The notes beneath the pieces were generated by a model, which saw nothing but the letters and a program-made list of their open reading frames with translations, searched no databases and was not told the DNA's origin. A stretch of DNA of 64,000 bases from positions 20,088,001 through 20,152,000 of the forward strand of contig JBHGNT010000003.1 of assembly GCA_043228905.1 (NCBI GenBank), in the 5' to 3' direction. Of this stretch, positions 13,480-23,982 are shown piece after piece; within the stretch, counting starts at the first letter, position 1, and the number at the start of each line of letters is the position of its first letter. The stretch comes from Azolla caroliniana. Taxonomy: Eukaryota; Plantae; Polypodiophyta. Both the position numbers and the translations under genes were made by a program.

Positions 13480-14203
13480 TGTCGCGTTGCTACGCGCGTG
13501 CGTGGAGAAGGGCGGGACCACGGGGGTCTTGGACTAAGGAGTAGAGGAGAAGGAATCAGACATGGAATGGAAGCTTTGCTCAAGAAGAAGAAGAATGAAC
13601 AAGAGATTAGAACGAACAAGAGGAAGATGGAGACAAGATGATCAACAAGATATATTAAAACGAAATGAACGATTACAAAATGGTGGCCGCATAGGCCGCA
13701 CCAAACGACTACTCGAAACCCTAACCGACGAAGATGAAGATAAAGATAAAGAAACCCTAACCCTAACCCTAACGCTCGACCTATGTGGTATACCTCGCAC
13801 ACTCAAAATAGGCAACCCCCACAATGGTGCCTTCCCTCTCCTTTTATAGCACAAGGAGGGAAGATCGTTTACAAAAGTGAGACTAAAATATCCCCTTTCA
13901 TTCAAAGGGGATATTTTCCTTGATTTGGGGAGGGTGAGATTGATGGCCCCTTAACTCCCACCTCCACACAAACAACTAGGTACCTATGTACTGCATAGTA
14001 CCTCTCTCTCTCTCTCTCTCGCGGGGATGTGCGCACAAGACCACATCACCTTTATACCTTAGGGATCCTATGGGGCATTTCTAGCACCATACACTTTACC
14101 CTTATTACTATTACAAATACATTATGTATGTGTGCAACGTTGCACATCGCTCTTTGGCTCTCGTTGCTCGGGTTTCCGCTTATGGACGAAAATCTTCACG
14201 ACA
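13480..14203 (-). repeat. 3' LTR (724 bp)
   Basis: TGTCG...CGACA, direct repeat of 17793-18513. Confidence 0.95.
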
Positions 14204-14283
14204 TCCGCCCCCACCTAACCGCACATCCACCGGTATGTGCCAAAACATAGGGGAGAGAACACGAGATTTTCGGCCACGACGAC

Positions 14284-14567
14284 TGTAGAAAGTAGTGTGC
14301 GGAAGCAGGTATGAAGACAGAACAGAGGAAGGAAACTCAAGTTCAATGGAGATCTTGGGCTTACACAGTATACGCGGGAGAGATAGAGAGAGTAGACACA
14401 AAAAACTATATTCAATAATAATACTCAAGTCTGTACATAAGACGTGCTTAATGAGCACTTTTATACAAGTCCTAGAAGGACTTACCGAAGTACTGACAGT
14501 ACTTCAATGCTCATCAAGAGCCCCTACACTAACTCCCAAATATATTCCTCACGGAATATCTTTCCTA
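14284..14567. mobile_element. Solo LTR (284 bp) with TG...TA ends
   Basis: AT-rich island in a GC-rich interior, flanked by perfect 5-bp TSD ACGAC (14279-14283, 14568-14572). Confidence 0.75.
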
Positions 14568-16116
14568 ACGACCTCCCGGTTTATGTACTCAGCCTAACCG
14601 ATCCGGTCCTCGGCTTCTTCAGCCGATCCAGCCGATTTTGAGCTTGTCTCTCAACAACGACCAACCAAGTCCTCAGCGTCCTCGTGGGCCCGCCCGGTTT
14701 TGTCTTCCACTTCGACCAAGACCACCCCGTCCACATGAACCACCGCCGCCTTCCGGTCCACCATCCTCGCCAAATGGTCTCGAACCGTCGGCGCCATCCG
14801 ATCCGCCACGTCCACCGTGGGTCCTTGAACCTCCGACTACATCCGACCCGCCATATCCGATGCCCATGCTTTCCTCCCCGTTCGGTCCTCCCGAACATCG
14901 TCGCCGACCCGGTTGCTCTTCCTTTGTCCGCCTCGTATATCCTCCAGATGCGCTCCCGATCGCATGCCGGATTCCGCCCTTTGCGTGCCGCACACCTCGG
15001 CGTGCCAACTCTCTCCGCTCCGCGCTTGCCTTCCGTAGGCTTTCCCCGTATGTCGATGCTCTCCTCCGAATGCATGCTCGTGCTTCGGTCCGTCGATGAC
15101 CCCATCACGCGCTTTTCGCTTTCCCCTTGTTCGCCATGCTCTCTCGCGGTAGAGCGTGCCATCACCCCGTCCTTCTTCGTGGCTCTCGTTACCGCTTCAC
15201 CTCCACCCGCGCCGTCTTGGCCCGATTGGCCTCGCATGTCCTTCGGGACACCGCGTTTTCTCTTCCCGGTGCGTAGCCCTCCGTTCTCCATGCACCTCCT
15301 CCATTTTCCTAGACACGACTCTCCGCTCGTGCCGATCGCGCTCGGCCCATGTCGTCGATCTTGGTGTTTCGCCGCGCCGTCCTTCATCCCGCGCTTGCCT
15401 CTTGAAGGCTTGACCCGACCGTCATCGTCGGTGAATCGTTGTCGCCCATCCTCCGTATGCATGCTTGTGTCTTGGCCCTCCACAGGCCGTATTGCATGCG
15501 TCTCGTGTCGCGCTTCCGCCGTAAACCCGACCTCCGCGTCGGTCTCCAACTCCTTGCTGCCATCCACCGTTTCTTCGGTCTCCCTTCGATCCGCGACCGC
15601 CGATGCCTCACAGATAGGTGTGGAGGGTTCCTCCCACTCTCGGTCCACCACCGAGTCCTTGTCTCTCAAAGGCTCAATCGATCCACCGTTTCCGGTCACT
15701 CATTGACGCTCCCCCGAGTGCATGCTTGTTCCTTGACCCTCCGCCGGCCGTAGTGCATGCTTCACTTCACGCTCATCCGCCGTAGACCCGACCTCTGCAT
15801 TGGTCTCTTCGCCCTTCCCACACCGGGCATCCGCTCCGGTACCCGATTCCGCATTGTCTTCCAACTCCTCGCCGCCACCCGCCATCTCTTCGGTCTTCCG
15901 TTGATCCGCAACTACCGAAGTATCAAGCATAGGTGTGGAGGGCTCCTCTTGCTCTCGGCCTCTCACCGACCCGTACTCGTCGTGCCCGGCTACGAATCGA
16001 TCAAACAATCCCGGTCTTGCCGGCTTCCTTCAGCTCGGGCCTGGTTGACCGGCCCCCGCTTCACTCTTCTTCCGCTCCGCCTCCCGGTCGGGTCGGATTA
16101 CCGACCGGCTCATCTT

Positions 16117-17775
16117 TCAGTCGGGTCGGTTCCCGACTCGCTCCTCGATGCCGCTCCGGACCTCTCCTTCGGTCTTTTCGCACGTGCCCACTCCGGGCCT
16201 CTCATCCTCACGGCCACCGCCCATCTCTCCGGTCTTATGTCCACGCTCGGGCGCAACTGCCGAAGTCTCCGGCCCCGGTGTCGAGGGATCTCGCCTCCGT
16301 CCGCTACAAACCTCCTCTTCGTCATTTCGGTTGCCCGCCTTGCCGCCGCCACCGTCCGTCTCTCTAGGTCTCACACCGGCTCTCGGGCCGGTTGTTGGAG
16401 TCTCTAGGACCAGTGTGTGGAAGGTCGTGACACCGCCACTCGTCTCCTCTTCTTCCTCGATTTCGCAAGCCTCAAGAATGCTCGCGAAATCCTCGTAGAA
16501 CGTTTCAGGCAACCGCGTCCCGAAACTTTCACCCACTCTCGAAGTGGCGTCCATTGCTCCGTAGATATCGGCCTCATCCATGGCCGTCCTCTTTCCACAA
16601 GTCGAGAGGGTCGCTCGCTCCGCACCCTCTCCCACATCATCGCCGTGGTCGCCCGCCTTGCCGCCGCCACCGTTCGTTACCCTAGGTCTCACGCAGGCAC
16701 TCGGGCCGGCCGCCGGGGTCTCTTGAACTGATGCGTGTAAGGTAGCAACGCCACCGCTCGTCGATGCTATGCCCGTAGCCACCTCCATTCGGACATTGTC
16801 GTCTGTGGCTACCCCGCCTCCGTATATGCAAGCATCAATTATGCTTGCCGCCTCCTCTTCCACGGTCTCCATACCGTTGTCTCGGTTGCCCGCCTTGCCG
16901 CCGCCACCGTCCGTCGCTCTAGGTCTCACGCCGGCAATCGGGCCGACCGCCGGTGCCTCTAGGGCCGGTGTGTGTAAGGTCGCGGCACCGCCGCTTGTCT
17001 CCTCCTCACTCGATGTTTCGGGCCTCCATGCCCGAACTCCCTCATGTCCGCTCGAACCAGCGATCGTTGCCTCACCGTCCCCGACCTCGTCCTCGGTCGA
17101 TCTTTCACCGTATGTCGAGAGGGTGGCTCGCTCCGCATCCTCTCCCATGGTACCGATGTACCATTCTCTTTCGGCCTCCTCATCCTCCGATCCGCTCGGG
17201 ATCGACTCCGCAATAAGCCCTTCTTCGGCTTCGATTTGTGCCTCTACTATCTCGTACGCTTCCTGCACCAAGGCTTCGATGTCGAGCTCCTCCGAACCGA
17301 TTTGCGTTGAGCTCTCTTCCAGCGGTAGTGCGTAGTCGGTCGCCGCTCTCTCTTCTCCACCACTCGCGGGCCGCGTTGTGGCCGACCGCCTCTCATCGCA
17401 TTGTATGCACGCCCATTCCACCTCGTTCCAATCTTCGGTGAGGCCGTACGCCCCTTCATCATCTTCGAGGTAGGGAAAAATGGTCATTCTCCCCCTTTCG
17501 TTGACCAACTTCAAGAATAGTGGGACCTTGTTCGCCCCCACCGATTCTTGATCCCGAACCGAAAGTTGGGAAAACCGGAGATCGAACTCCCGGAATGCCT
17601 TCATTGCGCTTCGAGGAGCCTTTGCCAACGACACCCATAGATCGAACTCACATCGATCGTACTTGTACGCCTCTTCCCGTCTTTCTTTCCTTCTTGCGTA
17701 ATCCCTTGCCATTCTCGTAATCACTTCCGCGATGTCTCTGTCTTCCATCTCCTTCCTCCCTTGCCGCCTCTTCAC
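16117..17775 (-). CDS. Gag-like N-terminal domain fused to acidic, repetitive low-complexity sequence (552 aa ORF)
   Basis: Starts at the PBS; FREFDLRFSQLS..NKVPLFLK..LEDDEGAYGLTEDW resembles Gypsy capsid; three copies of GG.A.TLH..ALE.P..GP.AGVRPR.TDGGGGKAG. Confidence 0.6.
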   Translation of the reverse strand: MKRRQGRKEMEDRDIAEVITRMARDYARRKERREEAYKYDRCEFDLWVSLAKAPRSAMKAFREFDLRFSQLSVRDQESVGANKVPLFLKLVNERGRMTIFPYLEDDEGAYGLTEDWNEVEWACIQCDERRSATTRPASGGEERAATDYALPLEESSTQIGSEELDIEALVQEAYEIVEAQIEAEEGLIAESIPSGSEDEEAEREWYIGTMGEDAERATLSTYGERSTEDEVGDGEATIAGSSGHEGVRAWRPETSSEEETSGGAATLHTPALEAPAVGPIAGVRPRATDGGGGKAGNRDNGMETVEEEAASIIDACIYGGGVATDDNVRMEVATGIASTSGGVATLHASVQETPAAGPSACVRPRVTNGGGGKAGDHGDDVGEGAERATLSTCGKRTAMDEADIYGAMDATSRVGESFGTRLPETFYEDFASILEACEIEEEEETSGGVTTFHTLVLETPTTGPRAGVRPRETDGGGGKAGNRNDEEEVCSGRRRDPSTPGPETSAVAPERGHKTGEMGGGREDERPGVGTCEKTEGEVRSGIEERVGNRPD

Positions 17776-17788
17776 GTCGGGTTCACCA
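17771..17788 (-). promoter_or_regulatory. Primer binding site complementary to tRNA-Trp
   Basis: Plus strand TTCACGTCGGGTTCACCA matches the 3' end of plant cytosolic tRNA-Trp(CCA) as I recall it; 4 nt from the LTR. Confidence 0.85.
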
Positions 17789-17792
17789 AATA

Positions 17793-18513
17793 TGTCACAT
17801 TGCTACGCGCGTGCGTGGAGAAGGGTGGGACCATGGGGGTCTTGGACTAAGGAGTAGAGAGAAGGAATCAGACATGGAATGGAAGCTTTGCTCAAGAAGA
17901 AGAAGAATGAACAAGAGATTAGATCGAACAAGAGGAAGATGGAGACAAGATGATCAACAAGATATATTAAAACGAAATGAACGATTACAAAATGGTGGCC
18001 GCATAGGCCGCACCAAACGACTACTCGAAACCCTAACCGACGAAGATGAAGATAAAGATAAAGAAACCCTAACCCTAACCCTAACGCTCGACCTATGTGG
18101 TATACCTCGCACACTCAAAATAGGCAACCCCCACAATGGTGCCTTCCCTCTCCTTTTATAGCACAAGGAGGGAAGACCGTTTACAAAAGTGAGACTAAAA
18201 TATCCCCTTTCATTCAAAGGGGATATTTGCGTTGATTTGGGGAGGGTGAGATTGATGGCCCCTTAACTCCCACCTCCACACAAACAACTAGGTACCTATG
18301 TACTGCATAGTACCTCTCTCTCTCTCTCTCGCGGGGATGTGCGCACAAGACCACATCACCTTTATACCTTAGGGATCCTATGGGGCATTTCTAGCACCAT
18401 ACACTTTACCCTTATTACTATTACAAATACATTATGTACGTGTGCAACATTGCACATCGCTCTTTGGCTCTCGTTGCTCGGGTTTCCGCTTGTGGACGAA
18501 AATCTTCACAACA
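17793..18513 (-). repeat. 5' LTR (721 bp)
   Basis: TGTCA...CAACA, repeat of 13480-14203. Confidence 0.95.
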
Positions 18514-19189
18514 ACGTCGTGTGAAATCATCACGGCACAACTTAAACAAAAGGTGGAAGAAGCGAAACACGAAACGGTTATACTACAGGCCAAATACGAC
18601 AAAAGGGAGGAGTGCATCCACGCCCTAGTAATGAAACAACGGCAGAAGCTGAATTGAAAAGTCTAGGAAACGATTGCAGATGGTTGGAAGCAATGGTCGA
18701 CTCAAGCAGCCGAATTAGAGGTTCTATGGGCAAATGCCAAAAACAGGGCCGAGGTTTTTACAAAATGGACGACACCAGTATCCAAATGATCCGCGAAGAC
18801 CTCACCAAGGACTTTCATGCCTTGGCTGATGTGCATACCAAAGCCATCGGAAGGCTCCTCGAGGAATTCAATGACGATCAAATGTTGCTGATGATTGACA
18901 CAGAACGAGCCATGAATGACAACTTCCCCAACGAACCAGAAGCATCAAATGCACGACAACAAGAGCCGGAGCGTGACACCCCAACCTCCCCGGCATCCTA
19001 GAGCAATGCGAGAAATGAGGTAGACAGAAACGAGCAAGATGTTTTAGCCGCACAGGAAAGACCGAGCACAACGCAACTCAACCCCGCAACGACTCAAAAG
19101 GAGGAGACGGCCGATCCAAACCACACTGAGGGCATCCTCGAGATTTTAAATGAAGAATAAAATATAACAGAGTCATTTTTTACGAATTT

Positions 19190-19784
19190 CGATTATTGTA
19201 TTGTTCGATTATTGTGGATTCAAAGTACCAAGGCATTGTCCCACGGGTGTGTTAGGTGTTGTCCATGGGCCAAAATTGTAATTCAAAAAAACGTAATAGG
19301 AAGTAGGTCAAAGTAGGTGAACAACCGTAAGGAACGAAGACAACCGCAATATGTGCAGCCAAGAACAGGAAGAAGCAAAGCGCGCTAAAGTAAAGAGGAA
19401 GGGAAAAGCTATAAAAAGAAGAACAGGAGAATGAGACAAGGGGGAGAGCAAAGAGAAGAAGGGAACTATAGCCCGTGATTGCGGGATTCTGAGGGTCTAG
19501 GTCATACTATTATTTTGCTGTTAATTCCGGTTGTGGGCCATGTAACTGTATTCATTACATACTCGTAATACATATAGTTTTGGGTCTATTTCTTGTGTTG
19601 GTATTATGTGATTGATGTCCCTTATGCAATTGATGTGGTGAAACATTCTCTAGGAAGAGACCTCCCTTACGTAACGTAATTGAAATCTTGTTTTCTAGTA
19701 TCGCTCTGACCACCACGTACCACAACTCTTGGTCCGATTTCGGCTAGGAAATTGAAGGTGTCGCCTCCGGGAAGGAAGGCAACA
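19190..19784 (+). repeat. Probable 3' LTR of the host Gypsy
   Basis: Follows the extra ORF, contains TATAAAA at ~19410, ends CAACA; no partner LTR in the window, so boundaries are approximate. Confidence 0.45.
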
Positions 19785-20549
19785 TGCACATTATACTACA
19801 CATATTGCACCTAACTGCCAAAAACCATATTCTTCTGGTTGTGTTCTGGTTGGATAGAATATATAGAAAAATGGTTTGGTTGATGGGATGTAACACACTT
19901 GCTTCATGATGCATTACGAGGCTCCTATGTAAACGAGGCTTTTTTACAATGCCAATGTATCATTACATGGGAAAAATCTCAAAACTCACTCTCCGTGCAC
20001 ATTATACTACACATGTTGCACCTAACTACCAAAATCCATATTCTTCGCAAAAGAACGGGGAAACCATACACATCGATACATGTTAGAGCCCATCCCATTG
20101 ATTGTCATTCGAACCATTGCTTCTATGTGACTTAGTTCCCATGCATTGCGATGTGAGATAGGGTGTTGGGGCACAAGTGATGAGAATGGTTGTCTATGCA
20201 CACCTGGCTTGAAACAAGTTCGGGAGTCTCAACATCACACTTTGATACAATTGATCATATTCGATTATGCTTTCCACACATCTTCGACCAAACCCAATCC
20301 TCACATGAATTTTTCTCACAATCACAATGTGCCTCTCAATTGCAACATTCATTGGTAAAGTTATTGAACATGGAGAGTGACTACTCGCTTTCACATGTAT
20401 TACATGAAATGTAATATTTTAGGTCTCATAGGTCATATTTGACCCCCAAAGTCGATAATAAAATCTATCTATCTATCTGATGTATGTGTTGAGTCTATGA
20501 TGTCTATGTGGAGTCTCTAACTTCTAACTTCTATCCAACTTACACTTCT

Positions 20550-20740
20550 ATTAAAAAATTAAAATGACTGAACTGGCTTAATAAGTTTGAGCCAATTTGG
20601 TAGGGCTCAAGCCAAATAAAACCAAAGTCAAACTGCTTATGGAGGCTCAAGCTTGAACCGAGCCGAGCCGAGCCAACAAATCGTGAAACCGGTTTAATGG
20701 CTCGATTTAGGCTTGAGCTGCGCCATTTCCAACTCTTAGA
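20550..20740. mobile_element. Probable MITE remnant
   Basis: Clustered GAGCC/GGCTC motifs ending TTCCAACTCTTA, typical of plant hAT-type MITE subterminal repeats; no TSD found. Confidence 0.4.
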
Positions 20741-20908
20741 GCAGACCACCTCATAGTCTTCGAATAGTTAACTCGACCATATAACTTTCTTTCTGTCTCT
20801 CAAAGGAAACCCAATTAGCTTACCCTAGCACTATATCTTGGGTTGAAAACCTAAAATTCTCTCACCTCTCTATTAGAGACACTATATATATGCCACTAGA
20901 TGCCATTA

Positions 20909-20977
20909 TGGAATGTAGGGGTTGAACCCATGCCCACCTGGTCTCCATTGGGCAACCTTACCAACTGAGCTACATCC
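20909..20977 (-). mobile_element. tRNA-derived SINE head or tRNA pseudogene
   Basis: A box TAGCTCAGTTGG (20961-20972) and B box GGTTCAACCC (20919-20928) 32 nt apart; no clean anticodon arm. Confidence 0.6.
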
Positions 20978-21923
20978 ATTTGGACAAAAAATATTCATCT
21001 CTCTCACAACCACTTCAATTGTCTCTCTCTCATTGTTCCATCTCTCTCCAAGAAGAGAGAGAGAGAGAGAAGAAAGATATAGATACAAAATTTTAAATAG
21101 TTTTAACAAAAATAATTTTGAGATGGATGATGATGACATGAAGATGATATATTAACTTCCTCAAGGGGCCAACAATTGAGAGGAGAGTTTGAATAAAGTT
21201 AATTTTCAAGAAGGCAAAAAACACTATTCATATGCTTCATCCCTAATTTCTATAACGTGGCATATGCAATAACCTTTGAATAGCAAGGATATTGCAAATT
21301 TCCTCCATTCTTGGCTTGCTTTATTTCAAATTTGTTTCTTCATCACTATTTTCTCATTCATTATCATTTCGCGTGGGGTCATGAAGGTTGACAATTTTGG
21401 AATTGCTCAAATGTGTCACAAACTATAAGAAAACATGACAAGCTAGTCGCAAATCATACATTTAATATAACATGAAATAAACTACAAATATAACTATCCT
21501 AGGAAGTTAAAAAGAAAAGAGACTTGCAACTTTATTTAGGATTCTTCTTTATATTATTCTAATTTGATATAAACCTTCATTAAAGATTCTTCTCATATAT
21601 ATCGGAAAGTTTTTAATGCTCTATGATAGAGAAACATTTAGTATTAACATTCAAGTACCAAAGAAATCAAGACGAATAATAACGATCTATAAGAAAAAGA
21701 TCACTCTCTATTATGTTATCTTGGTCTATGGTTCCTATAAGTTGGATGTAGCTCTTGACTTCGTAAGGTGCAACGAGCGAGTTGAGGCTGAAGTGTGTTA
21801 AGAAAAAATGGGTATTTGTGAATGAAGAAAGGTTAATTTCCAAATAACAACAACAAGGTTTGGGGGGTTTCTTACTTCTAGCAAGACTTCAAAGTAAAAA
21901 CATAGCATAAGAGCAAATTGAAA

Positions 21924-22345
21924 ACTACCATTCATTTGCTTGTGAATCTATAGATGGAACGAAGCCACCTCATCTGAATGTTAACTTGTTTGAACAAACT
22001 GTAACACTCACTTTAAGGAGACACATTGTCTTACAAACGTAATTGTGCAGTTGTGCCTAACTAAGAAAAGAACATAGCTGACTTGAGCCAAGTGAAGACT
22101 ACCACTTGTTAGATTGTGAATCTATACATGGAACCAAGCCAACTCAATTGAATGTTAACTTGTTTGCACAAACTGTAATGCTCACTTTAAGGAGTCACAA
22201 TGTTTTACAAACGTAATTGTGCAACTGTGCCTAACTAAGAAAAGACCATAGCTGATTTGAGCCAAGTGAAGATTACCACTTGTTTGATTGTGAATCTATA
22301 CATGGATCCTTGCCATCTCATTTGAATGTTAATTTGTTTGCACAA
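21924..22345. repeat. 174-bp tandem repeat, about 2.4 copies
   Basis: Unit starts at 21924, 22098 and 22272, each containing TTGTGAATCTATA.ATGGA. Confidence 0.9.
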
Positions 22346-22713
22346 GCTAAAAGGTTCAATTTGAAGAGCATTGTTCGTTTTCAAATGTATTTGTGACATT
22401 TGCCAAACCAAGATCATTTCACAAGTTCTGATTCTCTGATTTATTTGCTTTGAGTACTTCTATGAGAAAACATATTGTATGTATTTACTATTGAGCAGGA
22501 TTAAGTAATTGATAAACATATAAACCACATGTATATACACCACAAACAAAAATTGCCAGTATTAACATTATAGTTGGTTGAGACATGGATTCAAATGATG
22601 GGGTTTGATAAAACAACCACCAGTTATTGAAGAAATATTCATAAAGAGTTAGTAGTAAAATCTTTCGTATTCTCTTGTGACTATGTACACATTAGCCTCG
22701 TTGAAGCCATCCC

Positions 22714-23982
22714 TCAGAAAAAAAAGTAACAAACTGATACAAAGGATATGATCCCACATACGATAAAGATGGTGTCCACCCTTCCTTCATTCCGGAGCTT
22801 TTCTTCCTTGAACTCCGATTGTGCTCTGATATATTCGGTATATGAATTCAATACTTCTTCATGATTCACACTTTTCTGGCAACTCAATGCTTCCTTCAAT
22901 ACTAAAAGGCTATGGCGTCCATTGAGATGAGCCCCTTCCAAATCTTCCAATTGTAAACTCATCTCAGTAATTGAAAGAGAATCACTCTCTCCATCGGAAT
23001 TCGATACAAGCTTACATTTCATAACCACATTACATCGAACAACTCTTCTTGTTACCAGTTGATGGGCTGGCAGGATTGAGCCAAACTGTACAAGAAAATG
23101 CTTATCACTAGGCCAATGTCGCTGGCCACTCACAGGACGCCAGCTGGCAAGATTCGCCATCTGGCTAGTTTTCTTGTTAATGAGAATCCAACTGACTCTA
23201 ATCTCATCCCAAATGGCCTTCCAAAACCGGCCATCTTTCCTTTCCTTCTCGATTGATTTCACAACAGGCAAACCCTCTTTGATCAACATATCACCACCAT
23301 CATCTTCTTCACCATCGAAACCAAGCAAATCAATCCTAAAAGGGCAATTTGAGAACCATCCATAGTAATCTCCGGACCCTGGAATACCATACAAAATCTT
23401 TGATCCAACCGATTTTCCTCTAAAAACCACATCAACTATCGATATAAAGTCATTAGGGGATGTGCCTGAAAGCTCTTCGAGCACATCCTCTTCATCATCA
23501 TCTAACCAATCTTCTTCAGCATCTTTGAAGGTAGAGCTATACCCATTGGATAAAGATAGTTGTTTGTTGTTGTTGATGATGATAAGTGGGAAACATTGGG
23601 TATAAAAGTTCCGGAAACCTCCAAGAGAACAACCAATAAGTGAATTGATCTCAGGATTCTTGGTGGATGGCCATTGATTTATACATATGTTTTCCCATAT
23701 AGTTTCATTGCATGAGACGGAATCGAATACAGGAGCAACACAGGCCGCCACACTGAGGGTTACCCCATCAACTCTACTGAGTACTTCATAGAGAATGTCC
23801 CTGTTCAGATATACCTCCATATTCTTCGTCTTATCATCATCAGCATCATCATTGCTGTTGTTACTATTGTAATTCGTTGCCTTATTATCATCATTATCCC
23901 CTTCCTCATCATGATTCACTAGTCTCTTATACTCTGAAACTCTAATAATATTTTTGGCATCATCAAACTCCGTCATCATCAT
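22714..23982 (-). CDS. F-box protein (At2g27310/At2g36090-like) with an intronless CDS and a C-terminal hydrophobic tail
   Basis: Intact 422-aa ORF; F-box LNRDILYEVLSRVDGVTLSVAACV...WENICINQWPS; FISIVDV, CPFRIDL and SWILI motifs. Confidence 0.88.
   Translation of the reverse strand: MMMTEFDDAKNIIRVSEYKRLVNHDEEGDNDDNKATNYNSNNSNDDADDDKTKNMEVYLNRDILYEVLSRVDGVTLSVAACVAPVFDSVSCNETIWENICINQWPSTKNPEINSLIGCSLGGFRNFYTQCFPLIIINNNKQLSLSNGYSSTFKDAEEDWLDDDEEDVLEELSGTSPNDFISIVDVVFRGKSVGSKILYGIPGSGDYYGWFSNCPFRIDLLGFDGEEDDGGDMLIKEGLPVVKSIEKERKDGRFWKAIWDEIRVSWILINKKTSQMANLASWRPVSGQRHWPSDKHFLVQFGSILPAHQLVTRRVVRCNVVMKCKLVSNSDGESDSLSITEMSLQLEDLEGAHLNGRHSLLVLKEALSCQKSVNHEEVLNSYTEYIRAQSEFKEEKLRNEGRVDTIFIVCGIISFVSVCYFFF

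Larger units (their letters stand above)
13480..18513 (-). mobile_element. Non-autonomous LTR retroelement with a gag-like ORF only (no pol), tRNA-Trp primed
   Basis: LTRs 13480-14203 and 17793-18513 (about 98% identical by eye), 4-bp TSD ACGT at 13476-13479 and 18514-18517, PBS 17771-17788, PPT TAGGTGGGGGCGGA at 14204-14217; no RT or INT motifs inside. Confidence 0.93.
11390..19001 (+). pseudogene. Extra ORF 3' of pol, with an N-terminal globular region and a long coiled coil; split by the insertion at 13480-18513
   Basis: Frame reads through TAG stops from MPLEVSKEL into GAIDWGII; E/K/Q/A-rich helical ORFs 12549-13479; frame restored across the 4-bp TSD (ALNT|SCEIITAQLKQK). Confidence 0.7.
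8378..19784 (+). mobile_element. Non-chromovirus (Athila-like) Gypsy element that hosts the nest; 5' part outside the window
   Basis: RT (YRMNP, WLSPIVVVPK, FIDD), RNase H (PVYYASR..AERNYSTMEREAL), integrase (GGH..CDLC, WALDFVGP), long extra ORF downstream, LTR-like region ending CAACA near 19784 (end uncertain). Confidence 0.75.

Noticed and set aside
14638-17720. Many long plus-strand ORFs (e.g. 14684-15706, 15757-16407)
   Set aside because: Antisense shadows of GC-rich repetitive sequence with no recognisable domains
17771-17788. tRNA-Trp gene
   Set aside because: Only the 3' 18 nt including CCA, next to an LTR, so it is a PBS
19785-20050. ~50-bp direct repeat (TGCAC..ATTATACTACACAT.TTGCACCTAACT) at ~19785 and ~19996
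   Set aside because: Short diverged duplication with no termini or coding signal to interpret
20909-20977. Functional tRNA gene
   Set aside because: Anticodon arm does not form a canonical cloverleaf; kept only as SINE-like
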